DNA from: Tubiluchus corallicola | Lineage: Eukaryota > Animalia > Priapulida | DNA length: 64,000 bases | Direction of reading: 5' to 3' | Assembly: GCA_030141605.1 (NCBI GenBank) | Contig: JAQGDQ010000559.1 | Location: 1 to 64,000, forward strand | Part shown: positions 11,801 to 23,000 of the stretch, in pieces | How positions within the stretch are numbered: position 1 is the first letter of the stretch | Layout: the number at the start of each line of letters is the position of its first letter | Notes under the pieces: generated by a model | What the model was told of the DNA's origin: nothing | Databases searched by the model: none | The model's input: only the letters and a program-made list of their open reading frames with translations | Position numbers and translations under genes: made by a program

Positions 11801-14800
11801 GCTCTCCAAATTCAATGAACTTTGGAAAAGAAACGACCAACTTACAGACAAATCATGTAAGAACAAAAATAAGTTTTGCTGTATTCTTCGCTTTGAGTAT
11901 TTGAACAAGTTTTTTATAAGCTGATTAATGGAAATTTTGCCTTTCACTTGTCCTGGTCGCTCACCGGCGAACGTTGATCTGTCCTGCCTCGCTCATTACA
12001 TCTGGCTATTATTAGCCGCTAAGGTAACTTTTGTTGCACCTGGGCGTGTGTTCGCAGAATGTAACAGCAACCAACGCTGAACAGTACTGTAAATGACTTT
12101 TGTTTCATTTGTGTAGTGGAAACCATTGAAAAAAACCTTTAAGTTGAAGTGGAAAAAATGCTGAAATGATAATCGTACAAAGCCCAGGTACCATCTCGAC
12201 CCCACCCCCCTCACTGCAGGGATGAGAATTTTCCGCGGATATGCGGAATTTCGAGTTTTTGGAAGACCAGTAGTGCCATTTTTGTAAATCGCGTCAATTC
12301 GTTGAGAAAATTTTTACGGACCCATTTCATTATTTCACAAGCTGACCGCTAGTTGGCAGGCCGTCACTTTGTTTACATCACGTACATCAGTGTAACCACC
12401 TGTATATCTCTATGTAAAAAAATATAGAATCAATTGTGTGGAGTTATTTGAGTCAATTGCAGACAGTTTTTATGTACTTTTGCATAGGAGCGGCCAGTAC
12501 TTAGGCGTTTTTGAGACAATTAGGTATCATGTATCCTTGATAGTTGGGTATTTTAAATTATGCATGAAACAAGGTAATTGACATTTTAAGTTCACTTAGA
12601 CGCTCTCTATGGTCACAAAATTGCAATTTGTTGCTGCCTATGGCCTGTTTCAGAGTTTTTTCCAATTTGTCATTCTCATCCTTGCCCTGCTGTGGTCCAG
12701 GGGGCAAATGCTGCAGAAATTTTTGCTGTTTCGGCATCAAAATGAAAATAATATAATTGTCAAAAAATCGAGGCAAAAAATCAGAAACTTAAGGTATTCT
12801 ATGGTACTACTGAGCTTTCGTATAATGTGCAACGATAAGATATTTTAAATTCTGTTTACCGTTTAGGATATGAAATGGGTGTGAATGCGGCGGCAAATTT
12901 TACCAGGAAAACAATGGCTGATGCTCTAAGAAGCAGGGTAAGTCTGGATTGTTTATTTTTACTGTTATGCTCAGGAATGATTAACCAGAGATGGGCGGAC
13001 AGCGGATTTGCAGCCGTGCTGTTGCAGATGCGCGGATTTGCGGCCATGCCGTTGCGGATGCGCGGATTTGCAGCCGTGCAGTTACGGATGCGCGGATTTG
13101 CGGCCATGCAGTTGCAGATGTGCGGATTTGCAGCCATGCAGTTGTGGATGCGCGGACTGTGGTGTTATGGGCAAATTACCCAATTACCCATATAATTTGT
13201 TTTTTATTTTTCCCACATGAGGGAGCCAAAAACTAAAGGGGACAAGTGGGCAATTGCTGGCAGACTTGATTGGTCATTGTAGAGACTTACTTGTAATTGG
13301 TGGATAATGCAATTTTTATGAGAAATTTAATGTTATGCTTCAACCATAAACAGTGCGCGCTCTTTGGCCGAACGAAGTAAGTGATTTTTTATAAATATAA
13401 GTTTATTAATTAGATAGCAATTTTCTGTGTAATTTTTTTGGTCCAATTTCTGTTCAAATTGCATTACTGCAAATTTTATGTATTATTTTGTTTTTCTGAG
13501 CGAAAATAGGGGGTGCTGCAGTTCTACAGTACCTATACACAAAAAACTAACACATGTGAACTGAGAGGTACAGCACCTATACACGAGCTGCCAGTGGTTT
13601 TGAGCCCTTAACGAGTTGGTCTACATTGCGTTTCTTCTTCTTTCTCATTGACTTTGCTGCATTTTGCTTCAACTTTGTCTCTTTTACAGTCAATGTACCT
13701 GGTGAATTTGTTGCTTGGCGGATACGATCACGATGAAGATCGGCCGTGTCTGTATTTTCTCGACTATCTGGCTTCTATGCAGCGTGTGCCGTTTGCTTGC
13801 CACGGTTACGGAGGCTACTTCTCGCTTAGTGTAATGGACAGATACTATCGTCCCGGTGGGTTTGTTTATATAGTTAAATAGTTTATATAGTTTTGTTTAT
13901 ATAGTTTATATAGAAAGGCATCTTCACACGAAAAGCTAAATTATTCATCTTTATATCGCATATGTGCTGTCTTATTGTGTACAGGGCTTGCGTTATTAGT
14001 AACTAGTAACTAATAGTTTTGTTTATATAGTTTATATAGAAAGGAATCTTCATACAAAAAACTAAATTATTCATCTTTATATTTTATATCGCATATGTGC
14101 TGTCTTATTGTGTACAGGGCTTGCATTATTAGTAACTAGTAATGCTGTAGCAAAACAAAAGAATCTTCATGCAAAAAGTTTTTTTAAAATTATTCATGTT
14201 TATATTTTTTATCACTTACGTGTGCTGTCTTATTGTGTACAGGGCTTGCACAATGAGTAACTAATAACGCTGTAGCAAAAGAAAAGAATCTTCATAGAAA
14301 AAGCTTTTTTAAATTATTCATCTTTATATTTTGCATCACTTACACGTGCTGTCTTATTGCATACAGAGCTTGCGTTATCAGTAACGCTGTATAGAACATG
14401 TAAATTTAAACTCCCGCGTTGGCCGTTAGGCGCAGCCATTTTTACGGCAGGTCATTTGCACCAAGTTTAAAGCACATTGCGTAAAGTTTGAAAAAATAAT
14501 CAGAGCATTCGTGGTTCACACTTTACTAACCAAGCAAAAGCATAAATTAGTTTATCTTGTCCATAAGATCAACAGTGGTGAATCAGTGGTGCAGACTTTA
14601 CTAGCCAAGCAAAAGCATAAATTAGTTTATCTTGTCAATAAGATCAATGGTGAATCAGTGGTGCACACTGGGATGGCGATGCAGTAGTGTTTCACCAGGT
14701 GGTGCAAATATTTAAACTTGAATGTTTCCTTCTGCAATCACATAAGTCTTTTAAACAGGTAAACGCACTGCCAAGCAAAGTGTTTAACTTTGTATGGAAA

Positions 14801-16420
14801 ATTGTTTCAGATATGCTTTGAAATTCTTTTACCCTTTAACCAGTTACCTTTTCCTTTAAACTTTAAACATTTCCCTTCCTTTAAACTTTAAACATTTCCC
14901 TTCAATGTTCACGTGAAAATGAATTTGATTAAGCGATATTTTACTTGCAGACATAACAAAAGACGAAGCCGTGAAGTTATTAGCACGATGCGTAAACGAG
15001 GTACGGATTTCATGTTAAATTTAATCTGCTGGATTTCACACTTTCTGTGATATGCTGCTTTTTTGTTGATGATAAAAATTGTTCTTGAAATGAACAGGTT
15101 TATCGAGTGACGAAGATTTCCGCCATTGAAGCCATTATCAAACTGTGTGAAAGTCATGTTTGAGGTTGTAGATGAATCACTTTGCAGAAAAAGAATAAAC
15201 CACTATACTACATATCTGCACAAAACTGAAGTGTTTATTAGACTACATACACATATGTAGAATGACTGCTACACTGAACACTGAGAACAAGAGTGTCCTG
15301 CACTGCACTGAGAGTGAGACAGTTAGACAGTGACTAGAAAGTAAATCCAGTCAGTATATATAGGTATAGGTAATTATGCAAACTTGGCTTCACAAAAACC
15401 ATTACTGTAAAATAGGGAGAGATCCAGTGAGTATGCATATTCACTGGACCGTACAATTATACTAGTGGTGAGTTTAGCTAGTAAAATGTAAAAGGATTAG
15501 CTAATAGATGCAGCAATAGATGGCAGCACCTAAAATATACAGTTACAATTTCCACAAACTGTAAATCAAGGCAAAAAGAAGAATAAATACACCATTTACT
15601 GTAAATGGTCATTTTTTATGGTTTATGATATTCTTTGAAACCCGCGAAACAGCGAGTCCTAGATAAACGAACCGCAAAGTAACGAGCAAATACTGTAGTC
15701 TTGTTGTTCTTGTCTACTGATGAAGACACTATGTTGGTAATGAAACTTTGAATCCTTTCACAGCCATAATTTTATAATAAGTCTTTTCACAGTTTTATGG
15801 TGGAACACGCACAGTTTCTGTAGGTCAAAGGTTAAGTGTACCACAGCAACGCGTATTAGCTACGACCGTCACATGACATGTGGGTAAAGCAAACCCATCT
15901 GCCACATCAGCTCAGTAACTTCAGTTGTGTTACATGGACTTCTACAACCGGCACATGACGTGTGGGTAAAGCAAAGCCATCTGCCACATCAGTTCAGTAA
16001 CTTCAGTTGTTTTACGTGGACTTTACTTAATTATGCATTAGTCTGTAAATGGAGTAATTTACTAGCAGGATCTTGCTTGTGAACAAGAAGAAATGAACTA
16101 GGTGAGGTTCTAGCTAGGTGTTAGAAATGTTACTATTACAATAGCAAGGGCTGCGAGGTGTAATCAAATGTACACAAATGCGTTGTCTGGGACACTTAAC
16201 CTTTGACCTTTCCACGATCATCGTCAATCAATGGAACTGTGAAGTCTCATCGTGTGTGCATGTTTTTTACGGAGTCATTTACTCTCTGTTAATTATTTCA
16301 TTCATTCATTTACAGATACAAAAGCGATTCTTAGTCAACTTACCTGCGTTTAGCGTAAGAATTATAGACAAGGAGGGTATACATGAGTTGCCGGTGGTCG
16401 GAGCGACGTCGTCCACGTAG
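8882..16420 (+). CDS. PSMB2: Proteasome subunit beta type-2 (beta4, non-catalytic), 6 exons, 201 aa
   Basis: Exons 8882-8972, 10024-10146, 12867-12937, 13690-13855, 14951-15000, 16316-16420; all GT-AG, total 606 nt. Protein: [18 protein letters not shown]...[27 protein letters not shown]...AAANFTRK...[11 protein letters not shown]...LDYLAS...[16 protein letters not shown]...[21 protein letters not shown]. Confidence 0.94.
9418..9850. mobile_element. Dispersed repeat, unclassified DNA-transposon-like
   Basis: Collinear homolog at ~28188-28640 (TTAAACTGTAGGTCAAAACAA...GACAG.TCATGCGTGAGCACAG...); inverted fragment at ~7635-7800. Confidence 0.7.
10160..10820. mobile_element. MITE family A (TIR CTCATATCTCGGTTTGCCGGAC)
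   Basis: Inverted ends at ~10161 and ~10796-10817; siblings at ~37046-38288 and ~56981-57506 (reverse orientation). Confidence 0.75.
11301..11758. mobile_element. hAT (Charlie-like) MITE
   Basis: TIR CAGGGGTGTGCAAAT / ATTCGCACATCCCTG with a perfect 8-bp TSD ATCTATGG; siblings at 22021-22502 and 34204-34596. Confidence 0.88.
12217..12684. mobile_element. hAT-like MITE with CAGGGATGAGAAT termini
   Basis: Ends CAGGGATGAGAAT / ATTCTCATCCTTG; near-identical siblings at 20443-~20860 (truncated) and 27305-27826. Confidence 0.8.
13001..13158. repeat. 30-bp GC-rich minisatellite, ~5 copies (PSMB2 intron 3)
   Basis: Unit GCGGATTTGCAGCCGTGCAGTTGCAGATGC. Confidence 0.9.
13860..14392. repeat. Degenerate ~125-bp tandem repeat, ~4 copies (PSMB2 intron 4)
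   Basis: Recurrent TGTGCTGTCTTATTGTGTACAGGGCTTGC and AAATTATTCATCTTTATAT. Confidence 0.85.
15146..15556 (-). mobile_element. Solo LTR (411 bp) in PSMB2 intron 5
   Basis: TG...CA ends (TGTGAAA / TTTCCACA) with a perfect 5-bp TSD AACTG (15141-45, 15557-61); minus-strand TATA (~15358) and AATAAA (~15236). Confidence 0.75.
15775..16245. mobile_element. Dispersed repeat, second copy at ~63160-63705
   Basis: Shared CTGTAGGTCAAAGGTTAAGT...AAAGCCATCTG...TTTACTAGCAGGAT...CTTAACCTTTGACCTTT; internal inverted motif AGGTCAAAGGTTAAG / CTTAACCTTTGACCT. Confidence 0.75.
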
Positions 16421-16729
16421 CTCCATGTTGTATTATAGCAATCCGAACTCGTTTGTTCCAACGGTGTCGTCCTTTTTGTGATCGACAAGTGACTCCGTGA
16501 CGTGATGATTCCGATTTTTTGTGTCAACGACGTCTTATTTGACTTTACCATATGCTGTTCGAAATTTGATGTTTTGTAAATGTGAAGGGATGGGTTGAAA
16601 ATTGATTTCTTACAAGTTCTGGATGAAATGCTTCAGATGAGCTATCCATCCGGAATTTGTATTTGTTCGTAACTACAGTTAACTCCGCGTGCAGTCAACC
16701 TCAGGTATAAGGTACTCGCTCATAACATT

Positions 16730-17436
16730 TTAGTACTTTGTATGGCCACCGAAGTTGTCAATCACTGCCTTCATTCTAAGAGGCATACTGGAAATTAGGT
16801 TTTGGCAGTACTGGGAAGTAATTTCTTTAACCCAAACGTCCTTGATAATTCTTCGCAAGTCTTCAGCACTTGATGGCTGCCTGTCTGCCATCTTATCCTT
16901 CAGTATCTCCCAGAGATTCTCTATCAGATTGAGGTCCGGGCTGTTTCCAGGCCATTCAAGTACGGCGATGTTCTTCTCCCCTTCGATCTGTGACAAGGAG
17001 CTCCGTCTTGCATGCATCTCATGATGTGGTCGTCTCTTTGGGAAGTCTTCCGCGGACGTCCAGACAGTTTCCTATCGCTGTAAGTGCCATCAATCACGAA
17101 TTTGACCATAGCTTGGTGCACGGCTGTCTTGGAAAACCGTAATCTAGCACTTATCGCCCTTTCAGTATATCCTTCTTAATGTAAAGTCACGATTTGAACC
17201 CTCTGAGTCTCACTCAATGACGATTTTGTGCTCATCTTTTGGATCACAAGAAAAATACAAAAACGGCCGATCTGTATGGATAGTGGCAGGCAAATGAGTC
17301 ACTCATACTCACTAGACGTGCTGTTTCAAACCACTAGCAGTATGATGCAATCAACAAAGAATCGTATGCAATCAGGGTACAGTATGATGAAAATCCCGAA
17401 AACTCGAGCTTGGTCTTAAACTCTTGCAAATGACTG
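16730..17436 (-). pseudogene. Internally deleted, inactivated Tc1-family transposon
   Basis: ATG at 17235 begins a paired-like HTH (with premature TAA) and SGRPRKTS, which jumps directly to MQDGAPCH. After a frameshift come LEWPGNSPDLNLIENLW...LISSMPLRMKAVIDNFGGHTKY. One terminus TA|CAGTCATTTGCAAGAG lies at 17436; the other end is missing. Confidence 0.9.
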
Positions 17437-17523
17437 TATGTGTTGAAATGTATAAATTTCACAACATTTCAAAATTTGGTAGGATATGAAAAAATCGCCC
17501 CGTCTCCCTTTGCGCATCGAGAT

Positions 17524-18393
17524 TCATAGAAACGAAGCCATCTTACCGAACCTATCATAGAAACGAACGCATCTTACACAAACCTATCATAGAAACGAAG
17601 CCATCTTACCGAACCTATCATAGAAACGAACGCATCTTACCAAACCTATCATAGAAACGAAGCCATCTTACCGAACCTATCATAGAAACGAATGCATCTT
17701 ACCGAACCTAACATAGAAACGAAGCCATCTTACCGAACCTATCATAGAAACGAATGCATCTGACCGAACCTAACATAGAAACGAAGCCATCTTACCGAAC
17801 CTATCATAGAAACGAATGCATCTTACCGAACCTAACATAGAAACGAAACCATCTTACCGAACCTATCATAGAAACGAAGCCATCTTACCAGACCTATCAT
17901 AGAAACGAACACATCTTACCGAACCTATCATAGAAACGAACGCATCTTACCGAACCTATCATAGAAACGAACGCATCTTACCGAACCTATCATAGAAACG
18001 AACGCATCTTACCGAACGTATCATAGAAACGAAGCCATCTTACCAAACCTATCATAGAAACGAAGCCATCTTACCGAACCTATCATAGAAACGAAGCCAT
18101 CTTACCGAACCTATCATAGAAATGAAGCCATCTTACCAAACCTATCATAGAAACGAAGCCATCTTACCCAACCTATCATAGAAACGAAGCCATCTTACCG
18201 AACCTATCATAGAAACGAAGCCATCTTACCGAACCTATCATAGAAACGAAGCCATCTTACCGAACCTATCATAGAAACGAAGCCATCTAACCAAACCTAT
18301 CATAGAAACGAAGCCATCTTACCGAACCTATCATAGAAACGAAGCCATCTTACCCAACCTATCATAGAAACGAAGCCATCTTACCCAACCTAT
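17524..18393. repeat. 31-bp minisatellite, ~28 copies, between the PSMB2 and EIF3H 3' ends
   Basis: Unit ATCATAGAAACGAAGCCATCTTACCGAACCT. Confidence 0.95.
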
Positions 18394-18916
18394 CTGAGAT
18401 TAACAGTATTCTTCATCCTGCAGAGTTTATTGTAGTTACGAAAACTTGTGCATTCACAAAACGGATTGACAGATTGGTTGAATAGATGTGTTTACTGTGT
18501 TTACTAACAAAATGTTTACTGTAAAAATGAAAATGTAAATGCAATAAAAATTTCAGCCAAAGATGCTATTTGAACTTTGTATTTGCAGGAAAACCGTCGT
18601 TACAGAAAATTTAATCTTTCAGAGAGTCAAAATAATTCATATTCGTAATTAACAGCCATGTGAATCTGTGAGAGAAACTTTACAATTTCAAGATGACATG
18701 TATTTGATGGAAAACCGTCGTTACAGAAAATTTAGTCTTTCAGAAAGTCAAAATAATTCATATTCGTAATTAACAGCCATGTGTTAATTCATAATTAACA
18801 GAATCTGTGAGAGAAACTTTACAATTTCAAGATACAGTGTATTCGTGTAGTAATAGCATTGAAGGTATTACAATGAAATTCCAATTTACAGTAGTCACTA
18901 TTTTACTGGACATTGG

Positions 18917-20041
18917 TCAAACTGCACCGGACGCTTTTGGAGCTTGCAACGCTTCCGCCGTGAATACCTTGCCGAGAGACTGAGAAGCAAACTGGTCAAC
19001 TTGGTCGCAATAACTCTTGACCTGTCCTAAAATAAAAACATCCTTAATCATTTACGTTTCTGGATTTGTCCCGTCTGGGAGAATTTGGGAGGAAGGGTAA
19101 ATGTCGGACTTGTAAGAGGAAACGTGGAGACACAGTTCAGCAGCTGAAAATAGTTTTTCGCAGGGTTCCCACTGTCAGGGAAAATCTTTGAAATTACAGG
19201 CTATCCTGGAAAGTCGGGGAAAAGGGAATTTGGTAAAAAGTCCGGAAAAGTGATGAAAATGGGGCGAAAAGTCAGGGAAATTGGAAAGGCTTGCAAAAAT
19301 AATCATTGTGAACTGATATTTTCCCAAACATATTTTTCAGGGATTCGTGTTCAAATAAAATTTTGATCATTACAGGTTCCCAGTTTCAATTTCTGTTTCA
19401 AAATTAATGATTGGATTAAGAAAGTTTATTTAATGTGATTAGTGTAATTTCATTAGCACTACTGCCAACTGTGCCGACACATTATAATATCAGTATATGT
19501 TTGAATGTCCATGTACAAAGATGTTTGAATATGTGTAGTGGTAATGCAATTTCTACAGTCAACCCTCGTTAAACAAGACTAATGGGGGGGGGGGTGGTCC
19601 GGTTTAGCCGATTTATCCGATGTGCCTATATATGGTCTATATTATACAGAAATAATCACTTTAATTAGGCCTATATACATTGCACTATATACATTGCACT
19701 ATATACTATACTGTATATTACTTTAAAATAGTTAACCTGTGAGGATAAAGAAATTATTGTACAGTCGGTAGGCCGTGTTGTGTTCAGCGCTCCGGCTCGG
19801 ACGGAAATTGGTCAGTTTCCTTTATCACGCATGACGTCCGTCTTATCCGATATCCGGGCTAACGGGGTCCGGCTTAACGAGGGTCGACTGTATTACGGTC
19901 GTGGAAAATCAATATTTGGTCCGGGAAAAGTCACGGAAATTTATTCTACATTTTGTGGGAACTCTGATTTGGACATTTCTAACAGTAAATTTGAGTCATT
20001 TTAAATATTTATTTAAAATAATAATATAATATATAATAATA

Positions 20042-20073
<32 letters not shown>

Positions 20074-23000
20074 TAATAATAATAATAATAATAAATAAAT
20101 AAATAATAAAGCAAAGAAGGTAGATACCTGACAGAAGAAGATTATCTAATCTTGGCGGAGGCTGAAGAGGCTTAAATAATTTATTGATGTCCTCTTCTGG
20201 CAACGGTTTCTCTCCTCTCAATGACCTGGCTTGATTTTCTTGATGCTGAAATGAAGTGCAACTCAGTGTGGCGGCATCGCAAAACGTAAGTCTATATGTT
20301 ACATCACGTTACATTACACTACGTTATGTTACATTGCAATACATTACGTTACGTTATATTACATTACATTACATTACGTCACATTACGTTACTTTACATT
20401 ACATTACATTACATTAAATGTACACTGTATATATAATTCATTCAGGGATGAGAATATTCCATGGATACCCGGAATTCCAAGTTTTTGGAAGACCAGTAGT
20501 GCCATTTTTGTAAATCTTGTAAATTCGTTGAGAAAATTTTTACGGACCCAGTACAGTATTTCACAAGCTGACCGCTAGTTGGCAGGCCGTCACTTTGTTT
20601 ACAGGACGTACATCAGTGTAACCACGTGTATATCTCTATGTATAAAAATGTAGAATCAATTGTGCAGAGTTATTTGAGTCAATTGCAGACAGTTTTATAT
20701 ACCTTTGCATAGGAGTGGCCAGTACTTAGGCGTTTTTGAGACAATTAGGTATCATCTATCCTTGATAGTTGAGTATTTTAAATTATGCATGAAACAAGGT
20801 AATTGACATTTTAAGTCCACTTAGAGGCTCTCTACGGTCATAAAATTGCAATTTCTTGCTGGCACTGATGTTACAGACGAACACTGCAATTCATGATCAT
20901 GCTTATCACGGTACAGCACCTATTTGTTGGCCAAGCGCATGTGACAAAAAGGCGCTATTGCCAGTCTTAGTAGATTCACTGACCCGCTCGTAGCTTTGTG
21001 ACTTCGACGAAATTTAACTATCCGAGGTAATCATTATTTAATTCAAGCTTTGGTTTACAAAAATTTGTGGAAGTTTTCAATATTTTAAAGCAAACTTTAT
21101 TTTCAATGTCTACATAATCGTGCGTTTTTTTTAAACAATCATTCATGCACAGACAAAGCTTAAGCTTACTCGTTTTTGCAAGTATTGCTGCTTGGTCTGG
21201 TTCTGCTTCATAACTTGCCGATGGTAGATGGAATATTTGTTAGAATCCTGACACAGGTCGTCCACGGCATCCATGAGCAATCGGATGTTCTTCTCCAGAA
21301 CGGAACTGTAAAACAAGAACGTGGCATAAATCACACGATGATAACAATTGTTAACCAACAATTTCTATTGTAAAACTAGAACATGGCATAAATCACAAGA
21401 TGATGACAATTGTTAACCGACAATTTCGAATGTAAAACAAGAATATGGCATAAATCACACGATGATAACAATTGTTAAACTCAATAGTTAATATTTTGTT
21501 GCATAAATGCGGTCTGATCCACACGTATGGAATAATGCCTGTTATTATAGTGAAAATGCAAACATATTAAATATACATGCAGTCAGGTATACGTACAGGG
21601 TGCTACATAACCTTTTATTGGGGGGGGGGGGAAGTACAAAACAGTTTATAATAGAAAACGGAGGTATGACTGTAATCTCTTCAGTTAGTGACAATGGCAC
21701 AGAGAGTTCTATAAACAGAACAAACGAACAAGAATTACCTGGTTGCTAAGTCTAAGAAATTGTAGCTTTCTGCCACTGGCCCCTTTTCGTCTAGTTCCAA
21801 CGTCAGAGCATTTACTAAGTGTGAATTCTTTATAAGCACGGGTACCTCCATGAACATCTGCTGGAAGCTCAGCTTGCTCGCTTTTACGCTGGAAATAAAC
21901 GATATGGGTAAAGTTTACACTGAACGTAAGAACCGCAGGCGCTGCTTAATGGACCCACTTTGGGATGGAAGCGTTATGACCCAATTAACCGACTGATTCG
22001 ATTAACCGATTGGTGTAACCCAGGGGTGTGCAAATTATCTGACTGGCCGGGCCACATTAAACTTTCCCGCAATTCCTGCGTACCACAGACAGGTTGATCA
22101 AGGAGCCAAGTACAGAAAGGCCTAATAACGATTTTTTTGCATCCGACCTGCGTACATCATTACTACTACACTCAAGAAACTATTTTAGAAGTTATTAAAA
22201 TTTATATTACAAACCATATATGTCTACTTTCAGGACAGATAGTGGTAATTTCATTACAATGCATATTAGTAATGTGTATCACACAGTCTGTGTAGTACAG
22301 TGACATTAAGCTACAACCATCTTGTAAGAGTTAATGGCATCCGATCTAGTAGAAAAAACTACCCGCACTATCTTTGGGATCGTGGCACGGACTTCAGCTG
22401 GATACACTCAATTAATCGCCCGGGCCGCACTTTCATTAGGTTGACAAATCTCTTCGCGGGCCGCACAAATTCTCTTGGCGGGCCGCAATTTGCACACCCC
22501 TCATGTAACCTATTACTACTATACAAGTATGAGTCATCACTCAACACCTTAGTATGCATTGCAAAGCTTTAAATCTGTTAGACAGAAGGGAAAGGACAGG
22601 TTTTAGATGCACAACATTTTGCAGAGGTAGAGAACAATATGGCAGGTATCATCATTTAGTGAGAAAACTACCGTTAGATGCACAACACACAACTACATGC
22701 TTCTTCCACCTCTCAGAAACTCAAATAGAAAAAATATTATTGCTTATAGGTCCTAAAGTGACCAAAACTCACATAACTAAATTTTTCACAAAGCAAAAAG
22801 GGAAAATGGTCACCGGGAACTTGAAAACTCGCTATAATCAGCTAGGCAACGGCAGTTTCACATCTGCGTATTGCTGCGTGATGCGTAAGCGGACGACAAC
22901 GATCACGTTGGAACGAATATCACGTATTACGCATTACGCATTACGTACACATGAGTATGTTCCTCTCATGTCTTAGTACCAGAATCTAATTGTAATTTAA

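Noticed and set aside
17524-18393. Regularly spaced repeats resembling a CRISPR array (also 39466-39881 and 58254-58727)
   Set aside because: No unique spacers, no cas genes, and a eukaryotic spliced-gene context.
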